Below the pieces are notes generated by a model. That model searched no databases. It was not told the origin of the DNA and saw only the letters and a list, made by a program, of their open reading frames with translations. The translations under genes were made by a program, and so were the position numbers. Below are positions 51,674-61,475 of a stretch of DNA of 64,000 bases, piece after piece. Source of the stretch: Candidatus Multivorans sp. (GTDB taxonomy: Bacteria > Acidobacteriota > Thermoanaerobaculia > Multivoradales > Multivoraceae); NCBI GenBank assembly GCA_965224025.1, contig OZ245033.1:4416001-4480000 (forward strand). The letters are read 5' to 3'. Every line of letters begins with the position of its first letter. Positions within the stretch are counted from its first letter, which is position 1.

Positions 51674-52774
51674 CTAACGACGCCGGTTCTTCTTCGCCTT
51701 CTGCACCGACCTGTAGTACGCGCCCAACCGGCGATCCTCGGCACGACGGGACACCTCGTCGCGCCGCTGTTCGAGGCGTCGCTGTTCTTCCCGGAGGTCG
51801 TTGTAGTTGCGCAGCCGAGCCGGTTCCAGTGAGCCGTCCCGGATCGCGGCCCGGACGGCGCAGCCGGGCTCCTGGCCGTGGTCGCAGTCGCGGAAGCGGC
51901 ATCCGCGCGCCAGTTCCTCGATGTCGTCGAAGGTCTCCTCCAGGCTGCTCTCGTCGTCCGCCCAGAGCTGGAGTTCGCGGATGCCCGGGTTGTCGATCAG
52001 GAGGCCGCCGCCGGGCAGTTGAACCAGGCGCCGATGGGTCGTCGTGTGGCGTCCGCGGTCGTCGCCTTCGCGGACCGGCGCGGTGCGCATCACCTCCTCG
52101 TCGCAAAGGGCGTTGAGAAGGGTCGACTTGCCGGCGCCGGACGAGCCGACCATGGCCACCGTACGGCCGGACGCAAGGTGAGCTGCCAGAGGCTTCAGGT
52201 TCTCGCCAGCCAGCGCGTTGACCGCGACGACGATCGTTCCCGGTGACGCGTCCGCGGCCTGCTCCCGCATCGCTTCCGGATCGTCGACGAGGTCGGCCTT
52301 GGTCAGGACGACGACCGGCTCGGCGCCGCTCTCCGTGGCCATGGCGACGAAGCGCTCGAGGCGCCGCAGGTTGAAGTCGCCGTCGAGGCCCATGACCAGG
52401 AACACGGCGTCCAGGTTCGCGGCCACGACCTGCTCCTCGGTGCGCGCGCCGGCGGCCTTGCGCGAGAGCCGGCTGCGCCGGGCCAGCACGTGGACGATCC
52501 GCGGGTCGACGCCCATAGCCGGCGCGGCCTCGACGACGACCCAGTCACCGATGGCCGGGGCGCCCGCTGGTCCGCGCCGGACCCGTTTCAGCAGGCGTGC
52601 GTCGATCTCGCCGTCTGTGGCGACGACCTGGAACACCCCACGCGATATCGAGACCACGCGCGCCGGGAACAGGTGCTCGGGCGCGGACGCTGACTTGAGG
52701 AACCGGCGGTAGGAGTCGGCGAAGTCGGGCGCCCAGCCCCAGGCTTCCAGCCCAGCTTCGTTCACTCCGGCCAC
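51674..52774 (-). CDS. rsgA: Ribosome small subunit-dependent GTPase A
   Basis: GDWV, EQVVAAN.D, TKAD, GSSGAGKSTL.N, GRHTTT, DNPGIRE, CRFRDC.H..EPGC. Confidence 0.95.
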   Translation of the reverse strand: MAGVNEAGLEAWGWAPDFADSYRRFLKSASAPEHLFPARVVSISRGVFQVVATDGEIDARLLKRVRRGPAGAPAIGDWVVVEAAPAMGVDPRIVHVLARRSRLSRKAAGARTEEQVVAANLDAVFLVMGLDGDFNLRRLERFVAMATESGAEPVVVLTKADLVDDPEAMREQAADASPGTIVVAVNALAGENLKPLAAHLASGRTVAMVGSSGAGKSTLLNALCDEEVMRTAPVREGDDRGRHTTTHRRLVQLPGGGLLIDNPGIRELQLWADDESSLEETFDDIEELARGCRFRDCDHGQEPGCAVRAAIRDGSLEPARLRNYNDLREEQRRLEQRRDEVSRRAEDRRLGAYYRSVQKAKKNRRR

Positions 52775-53694
52775 TACGTGATCCGCCGCTTGGGATCGAA
52801 CGTGTCGCGCAGCCAGTCGCCGAGCAGGTTCGACGCCAGGCAGGACGCCATGATCGCCAGGCCCGGCATGGTGATCAGCCACCAGGCGACCTCGATGAAG
52901 TTGCGGCCGTCGGCCAGCATGCCGCCCCAGGACACCTGCGGCGGCTGAATTCCCAGACCGAGGAAGCTCAGGCCCGCCTCGAAGACGATCACGCTGCCGA
53001 ACTGCAGCGTGGCCAGCACCAGGAGCGTGTTCAGGACGTTCGGGGTCAGGTGCCGGATCAGGATCATGGGACTCGAGACTCCCGCCACCTTGGCGACGGT
53101 GATGAAGTCCCGCTCGCGAAGGCTCAGAACCTCGCCGCGCACGATCCGCGCGTACCAGGTCCAGTAGGTCAGAACGATGATCGTGATCACCATCCCCTCG
53201 CCCGGCGGCAGGACGGCGGCGAACAGCATCGCGAGCGGAATGGCCGGAATCGACATCTGGATGTCGATGAGGCGCGAGATCAGCGCATCGGCGACGCCGC
53301 CGAAGTAACCGGCGGAGATGCCCAGCGCCGCCCCCAGGCCGCCGGAGAGCGCGATCGCGTAGGCGGCCACCGTCACCGAGACGCGGGCGCCGGCGATGAT
53401 CCGGCTCAGGATGTCGCGACCCAGCATGTCGGTACCGAGCGGATAGGTGAGGCTGCCGCCTGAGCGCCAGAACGGCGGCGTCATCGACTCGGCGAGTGCG
53501 ATTTCGGAGGCCTCGTGGGGCGCCAGCCACGGTCCGGCCACCGCGCAAAGAAGAACCAGACCGAGCACAGCGCACGAGACGACGGGAACCCTGGTGGCGC
53601 GTCCTCGCGCCGCCAGCGTCACAGTCCGAACGCCCGTCTTAGGGCGGTCGGATGTCATCCGCCGCTGGTGGACGGCGCCAAGCCGATCAGCCAT
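52774..53694 (-). CDS. Peptide/nickel ABC transporter permease (DppC-like)
   Basis: LGTDMLGRDILSR, ARIVRGEVLSLRERDF, RHL.PN, EAGLSFLGLG, GDWLRD..DP. Confidence 0.93.
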   Translation of the reverse strand: MADRLGAVHQRRMTSDRPKTGVRTVTLAARGRATRVPVVSCAVLGLVLLCAVAGPWLAPHEASEIALAESMTPPFWRSGGSLTYPLGTDMLGRDILSRIIAGARVSVTVAAYAIALSGGLGAALGISAGYFGGVADALISRLIDIQMSIPAIPLAMLFAAVLPPGEGMVITIIVLTYWTWYARIVRGEVLSLRERDFITVAKVAGVSSPMILIRHLTPNVLNTLLVLATLQFGSVIVFEAGLSFLGLGIQPPQVSWGGMLADGRNFIEVAWWLITMPGLAIMASCLASNLLGDWLRDTFDPKRRIT

Positions 53695-54603
53695 GCCGGA
53701 TCCTCGGGTCGATCAGCCCGTAGCTCAGGTCGACCAGGAGGTTCACGACGACGAAGATGACCGCCGAAAGCAGGACTCCGGCCTGCACGACCGGGAAGTC
53801 GCGGGCGAACACCGCGTCGACCACGGTGCGGCCGACGCCCGGCCAGGCGAACACGACCTCGATCACGAAGGCGCCGCCGAGCATGTTGGCGAAGTAGACG
53901 CCGATCATCGTAGCCAGGGGCACCGCCGCGTTGCGGAGCGCGTAGCGCCAGATCACGGTGCGCTCCGGCAGGCCCATCACCCGTCCCGTGCGGATGTAGT
54001 CGCTGTCGAGGATGTCCAGCATCGACGAGCGCAGCGTGCGGGTCATCGCCGCGACCGGGTACCAGCCGAGGGCGATCGCCGGCAGCACGAGGTGAAGCGG
54101 CCCGCCGCGGCCGAAAGCCGGCAGCCACTGGAGCCGCACTGCCAGGTACAGGATGAGCAGCAGACCGACCCAGAAGCCGGGCATCGCCTGGCCGAGAAGC
54201 GCCAGCACCTTCGCCGCCCTGTCAACCCAGCGGCCACGATAGACGCCGACAAGACGCCCAGGGGCACGGCCAGCAGAAGCGCGAACACGAGCCCCGCGAA
54301 GGCCAGTTCGAGGGTCGCCGGCAGGCGCTCGAGCAGCAGCGGCATCGCCGGCGCCTGCCACTGGTACGACTCGCCGAAGTCGCCGCTGAACGCGTCGCGC
54401 AGGAAGACGAGGAACTGCACCGGCAGCGGGCGGTCGAGCCCCAACGCCTCGCGCATCGCCGCGAAGTCCTCCTCGCTCGCCTCCATCGGCAGCAGGAGGG
54501 CCACCGGATCGCCGGCCAGGCGCTGCGCCACGAAGACAATGAGCAGAGCCCCGAGTACCGCGACCGCTCCCTGCCAGAGCCGGCGGATCAGGTAGGCGCG
54601 CAT
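53687..54603 (-). pseudogene. Peptide/nickel ABC transporter permease (DppB-like), frameshifted near 54244
   Basis: YLIRRL, GLDRPL.VQF, GDFGES, RLPATLEL, then in another frame MPGFWVG, ALRNA, IEVVFAWPGVG, DPRIR. Confidence 0.88.
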
Positions 54604-54616
54604 CGCTCCGACGTCG

Positions 54617-56212
54617 TCAACGAACCGGCGTTTCCCTGCTTGCGGGCTTCGCCAGGCCGATCTCCCGCATCATGCGCCAGTTCGCTTGCGGCCAGGGCAC
54701 AAAGCGCACCGTGTCGCGCCACGCCAGGGTCACGAGCGGCCGGTAGGTCGGAATGCCGCCCGCGACCCGCTCGTGCTTGAGTCGCGCAATCTCCCGAAGC
54801 AGAGCCTCCTTCGCCTCCGGCTCGACGGTCACGCGCAGAGTCTCCACCATCTTGTCCAGATCGGGATCGTCGTGGTACGAGTACCAGCCCCAGCCATCGC
54901 CGTACGAGTGCAGGTGGCCGGACCATGCGTCGGTCGGATCGCCCAACGTGCCGTGACCCCACATCCAGCTCGCGATGCCGTCCATCTCCGGGCGGGCGTC
55001 GCGGCGGCCGAGGTTGATCCAGGCGCCGTACTCGAGCTGGACGATCCGGCAGCGGATGCCCGCCGCCGTCAGGTAGGCGAACATCGCCTCGCCGACCTCC
55101 TTCAGGTACGGCTCGCGCGGCGTGGTCAGGTTGTAGCAGTTCAGGTTGACGCCGCGGCCGTACCCGGCCTGCCGCAACAGCTCGCGCGAGCGATCCGGGT
55201 CGAAAGCGTAAGGCGCGAGCGCGGGGTCGTGCCCCGGCGCGCCCGGCGTCAATTGCGCGGTCCGGATGCCCTGGCCGTGGAGGATGTACTGGACGATCGC
55301 GTCGAAGTCGATCGCGTGGGCCACCGCCCGGCGCACCCGGACATCGGCCAGCGGGCTCCTCGAGTCGAGGGCGTTCAGGGCCAGGAACAGGTTGTTCGCG
55401 GTCGGAAGCGACGCCACCTCCACCCCGGGCATCCGCTCGAAGTCGGCGACCTGGGCTGGAGGCACCGCGTCGATCCAGTCGACGGCGCCGGTCTTGAAGG
55501 CGGCCACCCGGGTCGTGTCCTCGGGGATGATCTTGATCGTCAGGCGGCGGATGCTCGGCAGCGAATCCGGCTTCCAGTAGTCGTCGAACCGCTCCACCAC
55601 GATCTCTTCGCGCAGCTTGCGCGACACGAACTTCCACGGCCCCGTGCCGATCGGATGCGCTTGCACGCCGTCGTTGCCGACTTCCTCGTAGTAGCCCCGC
55701 GGAATCGCCCACAGGTCGAGGTTCAGGGGCAGCAGCGCCGAGTCCGGCAGGCCCTTGAAGACGATCTCCAGTTCGTAGTCGCCCAGCACCCGCACGTCAT
55801 CCACATGCCGCCACCGGCCCGCCTGACGCGAGAGGCTCGGGTCGCGCTGGCGGAGATAGCAGTACCGGAGATCGTGCGCCGTCAGTTCCTCCCCGTTGTG
55901 GAATCGGACGCCGCGCCGCAACTCGACGCCGATGAGCCACACCCCGTCGCGCTCGAACAGCCGCCACGACTCTGCCAGCCAGCTCCGCTGCCTGAGGTCC
56001 GGGCCGGTGGCCAGCAACTGCTCGTAGAACAGCGCCATGAAGTACTGGTCGACGCCGGCCGAGGTCCTCGTCGGATCGATCTGCGTCGGCTCGGCGGCGA
56101 ACGCGACCACGACGTGAGCATCGTCGGCCGCGTCGCCGTTCTGGGCTGCGAGATGCAGGGGCAGCAGGCAGGCGGCCGTCAGACAGGCCGCCGGTACCGC
56201 TCCAGGTCGCAT
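54617..56212 (-). CDS. ABC transporter substrate-binding protein, family 5
   Basis: LAESW, LR.GVRFHNG..LTA.D, PIGTGPWKF, R.DDYW, DVRVRRAVAHAID. Confidence 0.93.
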   Translation of the reverse strand: MRPGAVPAACLTAACLLPLHLAAQNGDAADDAHVVVAFAAEPTQIDPTRTSAGVDQYFMALFYEQLLATGPDLRQRSWLAESWRLFERDGVWLIGVELRRGVRFHNGEELTAHDLRYCYLRQRDPSLSRQAGRWRHVDDVRVLGDYELEIVFKGLPDSALLPLNLDLWAIPRGYYEEVGNDGVQAHPIGTGPWKFVSRKLREEIVVERFDDYWKPDSLPSIRRLTIKIIPEDTTRVAAFKTGAVDWIDAVPPAQVADFERMPGVEVASLPTANNLFLALNALDSRSPLADVRVRRAVAHAIDFDAIVQYILHGQGIRTAQLTPGAPGHDPALAPYAFDPDRSRELLRQAGYGRGVNLNCYNLTTPREPYLKEVGEAMFAYLTAAGIRCRIVQLEYGAWINLGRRDARPEMDGIASWMWGHGTLGDPTDAWSGHLHSYGDGWGWYSYHDDPDLDKMVETLRVTVEPEAKEALLREIARLKHERVAGGIPTYRPLVTLAWRDTVRFVPWPQANWRMMREIGLAKPASRETPVR

Positions 56213-56368
56213 GCAGGGAACCTACCCCAAGGGCGACGGTCGCCACACTCAACCGCTGGACAAGGCGTCGAGCACGGAAGAGAATGAGCCCTACAACCTC
56301 TTCGATTCATTTGACTTCGGTCTCGGCGGCGGTGTCCGTCATGCGGTCTGCCGCTGCGCTCCTTCGAC

Positions 56369-57064
56369 GTGCGCTCCCATCGCCATACTCCCTTCGCACG
56401 GTGCCGAATCGCGCTCGTACTCGCCGCCTTGCTGGTCGCACCGGCGACCGCCCAGCTTGTCGAACGAGTGGTCGACGGCGACACGATCATCGTGGAGGGC
56501 ATCGGCAGCGTCCGCCTGATCGGCGTCGACACGCCGGAAACCGTCCACCCGAATCGGCCGGTCGAGTTCTTCGGCAAGGAAGCCAGCGCCTTCACGCAGA
56601 GGATGCTCGAGGGCAAACGCGTCCGGCTCGAGTACGACCAGGAGCGGCAGGACCGGTATGGCCGGACTCTGGCCTACGTCTACCTCCCCGACGGCACGTT
56701 CGCGAACGAGGAGATCATCCGCCGCGGCTACGGCCACGCCTACACCCGCTTCCCCTTCCGCCACCTGGAGCGGTTCCGCCAATTCGAGCTGGAAGCGAGG
56801 ACGAACCGACGCGGCCTGTGGGGGACCGCCGTCGGTGGGAGCGCCGGCAGTTCCGGCAGCACCGGTCGCTCATCGGCTGGAGATTCCCAAGTTGCACCGG
56901 CCGGCGTTCCCAGAACCGTCTACGTCACGAAGACCGGCGCCAAGTACCATCTGGACGGCTGCCGTTTCCTGAGCAAGAGCAGGATCCCGATGCCGCGGGA
57001 CGAGGCTGTGCAACGCTACGAACTGTGCGGCGTCTGCGCCGCGCGGCTGCGGTCGAAACGGTAG
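56369..57064 (+). CDS. Exported thermonuclease (SNase) with C-terminal Cys/His metal-binding module, copy 1
   Basis: Signal peptide, RVVDGDT, VRLIGVDTPE, DRYGRTLAYV, GLW, then VYVTKTG.KYH..GC..L...CGVC. Confidence 0.9.
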   Translation: MRSHRHTPFARCRIALVLAALLVAPATAQLVERVVDGDTIIVEGIGSVRLIGVDTPETVHPNRPVEFFGKEASAFTQRMLEGKRVRLEYDQERQDRYGRTLAYVYLPDGTFANEEIIRRGYGHAYTRFPFRHLERFRQFELEARTNRRGLWGTAVGGSAGSSGSTGRSSAGDSQVAPAGVPRTVYVTKTGAKYHLDGCRFLSKSRIPMPRDEAVQRYELCGVCAARLRSKR

Positions 57065-57329
57065 CGAGAACTGGCCCAACCACTTTGAGGCCACTCATGA
57101 GTTGACCCCAACGTGGTACGTTCTGGAGTGGCGCAGCTTCCATGTGCCCCTTGCGGGCAGCCCTTGCGACTGCCCGGGGAAGGTGCGCCACTGCCTTGGT
57201 AGCGGAGTCGGGTCACCACACTGGTGAACGGGGTACGCTCGCAGGCTCCCATCCCGGCTCTCGCGACGAGGCAAACACGCACAGTTCCCGTCTCTCCCGC
57301 TGCCGTCGGCAGACGGGCGCCGCCTACGG

Positions 57330-58120
57330 CACGTTCGTAATCGCGACGAGGCGCGGTTCGCCGATCGACGTGATCGGCGCATCGGACCTCGCCGTGCGGA
57401 ACACCGAGGGCACACGGCAGCGCCTCCTGAACGCTGACCAGGTCGTCTACCTTGCATCAGGCCGCGACGCGGCCCCGCGGCAAGGAGATCGAGCGGGGCT
57501 CGGACCACCTGCCGGATGTCGTCCTGGAGGTGGACTACAGCACCGACGCGAGTCGGCGCAAGCTCGGCATCTACGAGTCCTGGGGCTTCCCGGAGGTCTG
57601 GATCGAAGTGCCGGACGCCAGTTGGAGCTACCGCCCCAAGTCCCGGCGGTCCGGCGTGACGGTTCACTTACTGGAGGGCGGCCGGTACGTCGAGGCGGCG
57701 TCGAGCCGGGCATTCCCCGGCTGGACGGCCGAGGAGATCCACCGGGCGCTCAACGAGTCCGCGGTGTCAGCCACGACCGTCGACGTGCTGCGGCGGGTAG
57801 CCGACGCGCTCGCAGCGGTCGCGGGAACGGGTCCCGACGACGACCCCCTCTTGCACCGGGAGCTGAGAGCCGAGCTGAGAGCCGCGCCGAGGAGCGCCTG
57901 GACATCGTGCGGAGCGCGGTACGCGATGCGTTCGCCGCGCGCGCTCTGGCGATCACGCCAGCTCTGCGGACGTGGCTCGACGAAGTCGACCAGGCCCCGG
58001 ACGCGGCCGCGATCATCCGCCTGGCCTAGGAAAGCCGCGACGCGGACGACTTCGTGCGCCGCGCCCGGTTCCGACCGGCACCCGAGACGCCTGAGAGCTT
58101 CGCCGAAACCCCTCTGGTAG
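57330..58120 (+). pseudogene. Degraded Uma2-like endonuclease
   Basis: ADQVVYL / LPDVVLEVD.STD..RRKL.IYESWGFPEVWIEVP...SRAFPGWTAEEIH.ALNE. Two frameshifts, an internal TAG and no N-terminus. Confidence 0.72.
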
Positions 58121-58168
58121 CCGAGCCCGAGCCGCCGCTGCAAGCGGGTCGGTGGCGGCGATTCCGGG

Positions 58169-58795
58169 TCAGGACGTAACAGGAAGACCGAAGAGCCGTG
58201 GCTTGAAGTCCGGCTCGTTCACGATGCTGGCGCTGCTGCCCGTCGCGCGGATCACGAGCAGTCCCTTCCGCATCGCGTAGCGAATGGTCCCCTCGTGCGC
58301 CTTCAGGTACGCCACCGCTCCGAACAACCGCCGGGCCCGATAGCCCCGGAACAGCCTGGGAAGTTCGTCCAGCAACTCCACGAAGTCCGCAATGTGCTCG
58401 GGCTTCAGCGTCGTCTTGACCTCCACGGCGACCGCCTCTTCTCCGTTGGCGGCGAACAGGTCCACCTCCCGCAGCTTCGGATCCCGGGACAATCGAATCC
58501 GGGAGGCCACCGCTTCCACCTCCACGTTGCGCTCCTGGAGCAGCCTCACCAGGTCCCCTTCGACGAGCGATTCCATCAGCCGACCCCACTGGCTCGTGAA
58601 CAGATCCTCGGCGCGGCGCAGACTGCGCTCCGTTTTCCGCGCCTCGACCCGCAACTCCTCCATCTGCTTGCGAGCCTTCTTCCGGTACTCCTTCTCCGCC
58701 TTCTCGTTCTCCTTCTGGCGAAGCGCGACCTGGCGAAGAATCTCCCAGATCTCCTCCGGCGTGGCCGGGCGACGTTCGGTTTCCGTAGCGCTCAT
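58169..58795 (-). CDS. Coiled-coil + PD-(D/E)XK-like protein (DUF3782-like), copy 1
   Basis: EEIWEILR, FTSQWGRLMESLV, EVDLFA.NG..AVAVEVKTTL, GAVAYL, GL.VIRATG.SA.I.N...F.P. GGGAG ribosome-binding site and TAGAAT upstream. Confidence 0.8.
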   Translation of the reverse strand: MSATETERRPATPEEIWEILRQVALRQKENEKAEKEYRKKARKQMEELRVEARKTERSLRRAEDLFTSQWGRLMESLVEGDLVRLLQERNVEVEAVASRIRLSRDPKLREVDLFAANGEEAVAVEVKTTLKPEHIADFVELLDELPRLFRGYRARRLFGAVAYLKAHEGTIRYAMRKGLLVIRATGSSASIVNEPDFKPRLFGLPVTS

Positions 58796-59057
58796 GGACA
58801 ACTCCCAGCGTGATTCTAGATTGGGCGGACGCCCGTGCGCCACCGCATCGCCGTCGATCGCGGCGCCAGGGCGCACCTGGTCCCTCTTCTGACATGGACG
58901 GAAAGCCGTGGCGGCACCCGGTATCAGCGCGCGGCCCAGCCTGGACAAGACGCCCGGCCGCCGACAGAATGCACCGGTCCAAACCGTCCAATCTTCTTGA
59001 CTTCGGGCTCGTCGGCGGTGACGCCCTGCATGGATGCCGCCGTTGCGCCCTCGCGAA

Positions 59058-59723
59058 GTGCATCCCTTGCTCCGCCATCCATTCGCCGTCCGCTGCGGAA
59101 TTGCGTTCCTGTTCGGCGTCCTGGCCGCCGCCGCAGTGCCAGGCCAACTGGTGGAGCGAGTCGTCGACGGCGACACGATCATCGTCGAAGGCGTGGGCCG
59201 GGTCCGCCTGATCGGCGTCGACACGCCGGAGACCGTCCACCCGAACCGGCCGGTCGAGTTCTTCGGCAAGGAGGCGAGCGCCTTCACGAAGCGGCTTCTC
59301 GAGGGGAAGCAGGTGCGGCTCGAGTACGACCAGGAGCGGACCGACCGTTACGGCCGCACCCTGGCCTACGTGTACCTGGCCGACGACACATTCGTGAACG
59401 CGGAGATCATCCGCCGCGGCTACGGCCACGCCTACACGCGTTTCCCCTTCCAGCACACGGAAGCGTTCCGCCAGTTCGAGCGAGAGGCCCGGAACAACCG
59501 GAGAGGCCTGTGGGGCGACGCGGTAGGCGGCTCGAACCCACGCGCCTCTGCCTCACCCGAAACACGGCGGTCCGCCGGCGGAACCGGCACGGTCTACGTG
59601 ACCCGCACCGGTCGCAAGTACCACAAGGAAGGCTGCCGCTTCCTGAGCAAGAGCAAGATCCCGATGAAGCGAAACGAAGCAGTGGAACGTTACGAACCCT
59701 GCGGCGTCTGCAAGCCGGACTGA
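59058..59723 (+). CDS. Exported thermonuclease with C-terminal Cys/His module, copy 2
   Basis: Near-identical core to 56369..57064; VYVTRTGRKYH.EGC...PCGVCKP. Confidence 0.9.
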   Translation: MHPLLRHPFAVRCGIAFLFGVLAAAAVPGQLVERVVDGDTIIVEGVGRVRLIGVDTPETVHPNRPVEFFGKEASAFTKRLLEGKQVRLEYDQERTDRYGRTLAYVYLADDTFVNAEIIRRGYGHAYTRFPFQHTEAFRQFEREARNNRRGLWGDAVGGSNPRASASPETRRSAGGTGTVYVTRTGRKYHKEGCRFLSKSKIPMKRNEAVERYEPCGVCKPD

Positions 59724-59804
59724 CGCCGGCGGCGGCCCGGCTTCCACACGGGCGGTTGACGCCGGAGCGGCAGTGCCGCGACGCGGGGCGCGGACCGACT
59801 CGCC

Positions 59805-60395
59805 TCAGGAGAAGGCGCGGGGTCTGAAGTCCGGGTCGTTCACGATGCTGGCGCTGCTGCCGGTGGCCCGGATCACGAACAGGCCCCGGCGTTCCGCCTG
59901 CCGGACCACCGATTCGTCCGCCTCCAGGTACGCCACGGCCCCGTAGATCCGGTGACCGCCGTATGCCGGCAGCCACTCCCGGAACCGCGCCATCTTCTCC
60001 TCGAAGCGCTTCACGTCGCGCGGTCTCAGCGTCGTCTTGACCTCGACGGCAACCGCCTCCGTACCGTTCGCCGCCAGGATGTCCAACTCGAAATGCTCGC
60101 CGTTCCGACTCGCGGCAACTCTCTGCGTCGTCATCTCCACCGCTATCCCCCGCTGCTGGAGCAGCGGCACGAGATCGCCCTGCACCAGGCTCTCCATCAG
60201 CCGCCCCCACTGCGACGTGAACATGTCTTCCGCCTTCTTCAGCCGCCGGTCCGTCTCCCGCGTCTCCTCCCGGAGCTTCTCCCACTCCCTGCGGGCGGTC
60301 CTCTCGCCTTCCTTCTGGCGCGCCGCTTCCTGGCGGAGAATCTCCCAGATCTCCTCCAGTGTAGCTGGGCGATGTTCAGTCTGCGCGACGCTCAT
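59805..60395 (-). CDS. Coiled-coil + PD-(D/E)XK-like protein (DUF3782-like), copy 2
   Basis: Paralog of 58169..58795: FTSQWGRLMESLV, ELDILA.NG.EAVAVEVKTTL. TAGAAT upstream. Confidence 0.8.
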   Translation of the reverse strand: MSVAQTEHRPATLEEIWEILRQEAARQKEGERTARREWEKLREETRETDRRLKKAEDMFTSQWGRLMESLVQGDLVPLLQQRGIAVEMTTQRVAASRNGEHFELDILAANGTEAVAVEVKTTLRPRDVKRFEEKMARFREWLPAYGGHRIYGAVAYLEADESVVRQAERRGLFVIRATGSSASIVNDPDFRPRAFS

Positions 60396-60588
60396 GGGCA
60401 ATGCTCCTGACGTCATTCTAGATCCGGGTCGAGCGGGTAGCACGCGCGCCACGGCATCGCGGTCGAGGGACGGCGACGCGAAGCACTTGCTCCCTTTCTG
60501 AGAAGGACGGAGACACGCTGAAAGACCCGGCGGCCCTCGGCCAACCCTGGAGTCAACCGGAGCCCGGGGAACCGGGTAGCATGGCCCC

Positions 60589-60816
60589 ATGGACTGGCGA
60601 GAGCACATCACCGTCGACCCCGAGATCTGCCATGGAAGAGCCTGCATCACCGGTACCCGAGTGCTCGTTACCGTGGTACTCGACAACGTGGCGGCCGGCC
60701 TGAGTCCGGAGGAAATCGCGCAGAGCTACCCTTCGATCACCACGCGTTCCGTACGCGCAGCCATGTGCTATGCGGCGGAACTGGCGAAGGAGAGGGTGGT
60801 GGCTTTCTCCGGCTGA
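60589..60816 (+). CDS. DUF433 family protein (no intact PIN partner)
   Basis: ITVDPEICHGRACITGTRVLV.VVLDN.A.G.S.EEI...YP. Confidence 0.9.
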   Translation: MDWREHITVDPEICHGRACITGTRVLVTVVLDNVAAGLSPEEIAQSYPSITTRSVRAAMCYAAELAKERVVAFSG

Positions 60817-60931
60817 GTTCCAGAATGCGATTCTCCCGACGACGTGACAACATTGGCACGCGACGAGGTCGCCTGGAAACCAGGGAGAACCGCTCGCTAT
60901 CGGACGTTGCGAGTCACCGAGGACATAGACC

Positions 60932-61156
60932 ATGACGAGCCCAAGAGTGGCCGACCTGACGGTAGGCGAGTTCAGAGAACTCTGCCGGGATACGTTCGCG
61001 CAGGTCGTGGAAGAGGTTCTGGACGATCCGGATCGCGGGCGGGCGCTGCATGACGACGTTGCGAAGAGGCTTGAACGCTCGCTCGCCGAAGTCGACGCCG
61101 GTGGAACCACCGCTAGCCACGCGGAAGTCGCTGAGAGACTCCGAACTTCCCGGTGA
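60932..61156 (+). CDS. Putative antitoxin
   Basis: RVADLTV.EF.EL...DPD.G..L; overlaps the RelE-like gene (GTGA). Confidence 0.7.
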   Translation: MTSPRVADLTVGEFRELCRDTFAQVVEEVLDDPDRGRALHDDVAKRLERSLAEVDAGGTTASHAEVAERLRTSR

Positions 61157-61428
61157 CGGACGACGTTGTCTGGACGGCGGACGCCGAAGCAGACCTTCAT
61201 CGACTGGACGCCGCGGCGGCGGACCGGATCATGGCGAAGATACGGTGGCTGGCGGAGAACGCCGACAGCGTCAGAGTAGAGACATTGGCGGGCCGCTGGC
61301 GAGGTGTCCGCAAGCTCCGAGTAGGGAGCTACCGCGTTCTCTACACTCGCGATTCGGTTGCAAGACGGATTGTCGTCCACATCGTCGGGCATCGCCGGGA
61401 GATCTACAAGTCCAACACGGGCGGTTGA
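61153..61428 (+). CDS. RelE/ParE family toxin
   Basis: A.ADL.RLD.....RI..KI..L, L.G.W.G..KLRVGSYRVLY, VGHRREIY. Confidence 0.9.
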   Translation: MTDDVVWTADAEADLHRLDAAAADRIMAKIRWLAENADSVRVETLAGRWRGVRKLRVGSYRVLYTRDSVARRIVVHIVGHRREIYKSNTGG

Positions 61429-61475
61429 CGCTGGAGCGGCAGGGCTGCGACCGGCGAGACTTGCGAGCCAACGCG

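Noticed and set aside
57074-57200. Integron attC site after the thermonuclease (GCCCAAC)
   Set aside because: No matching GTTRRRY box at a suitable distance, no integrase, and the genes alternate in orientation.
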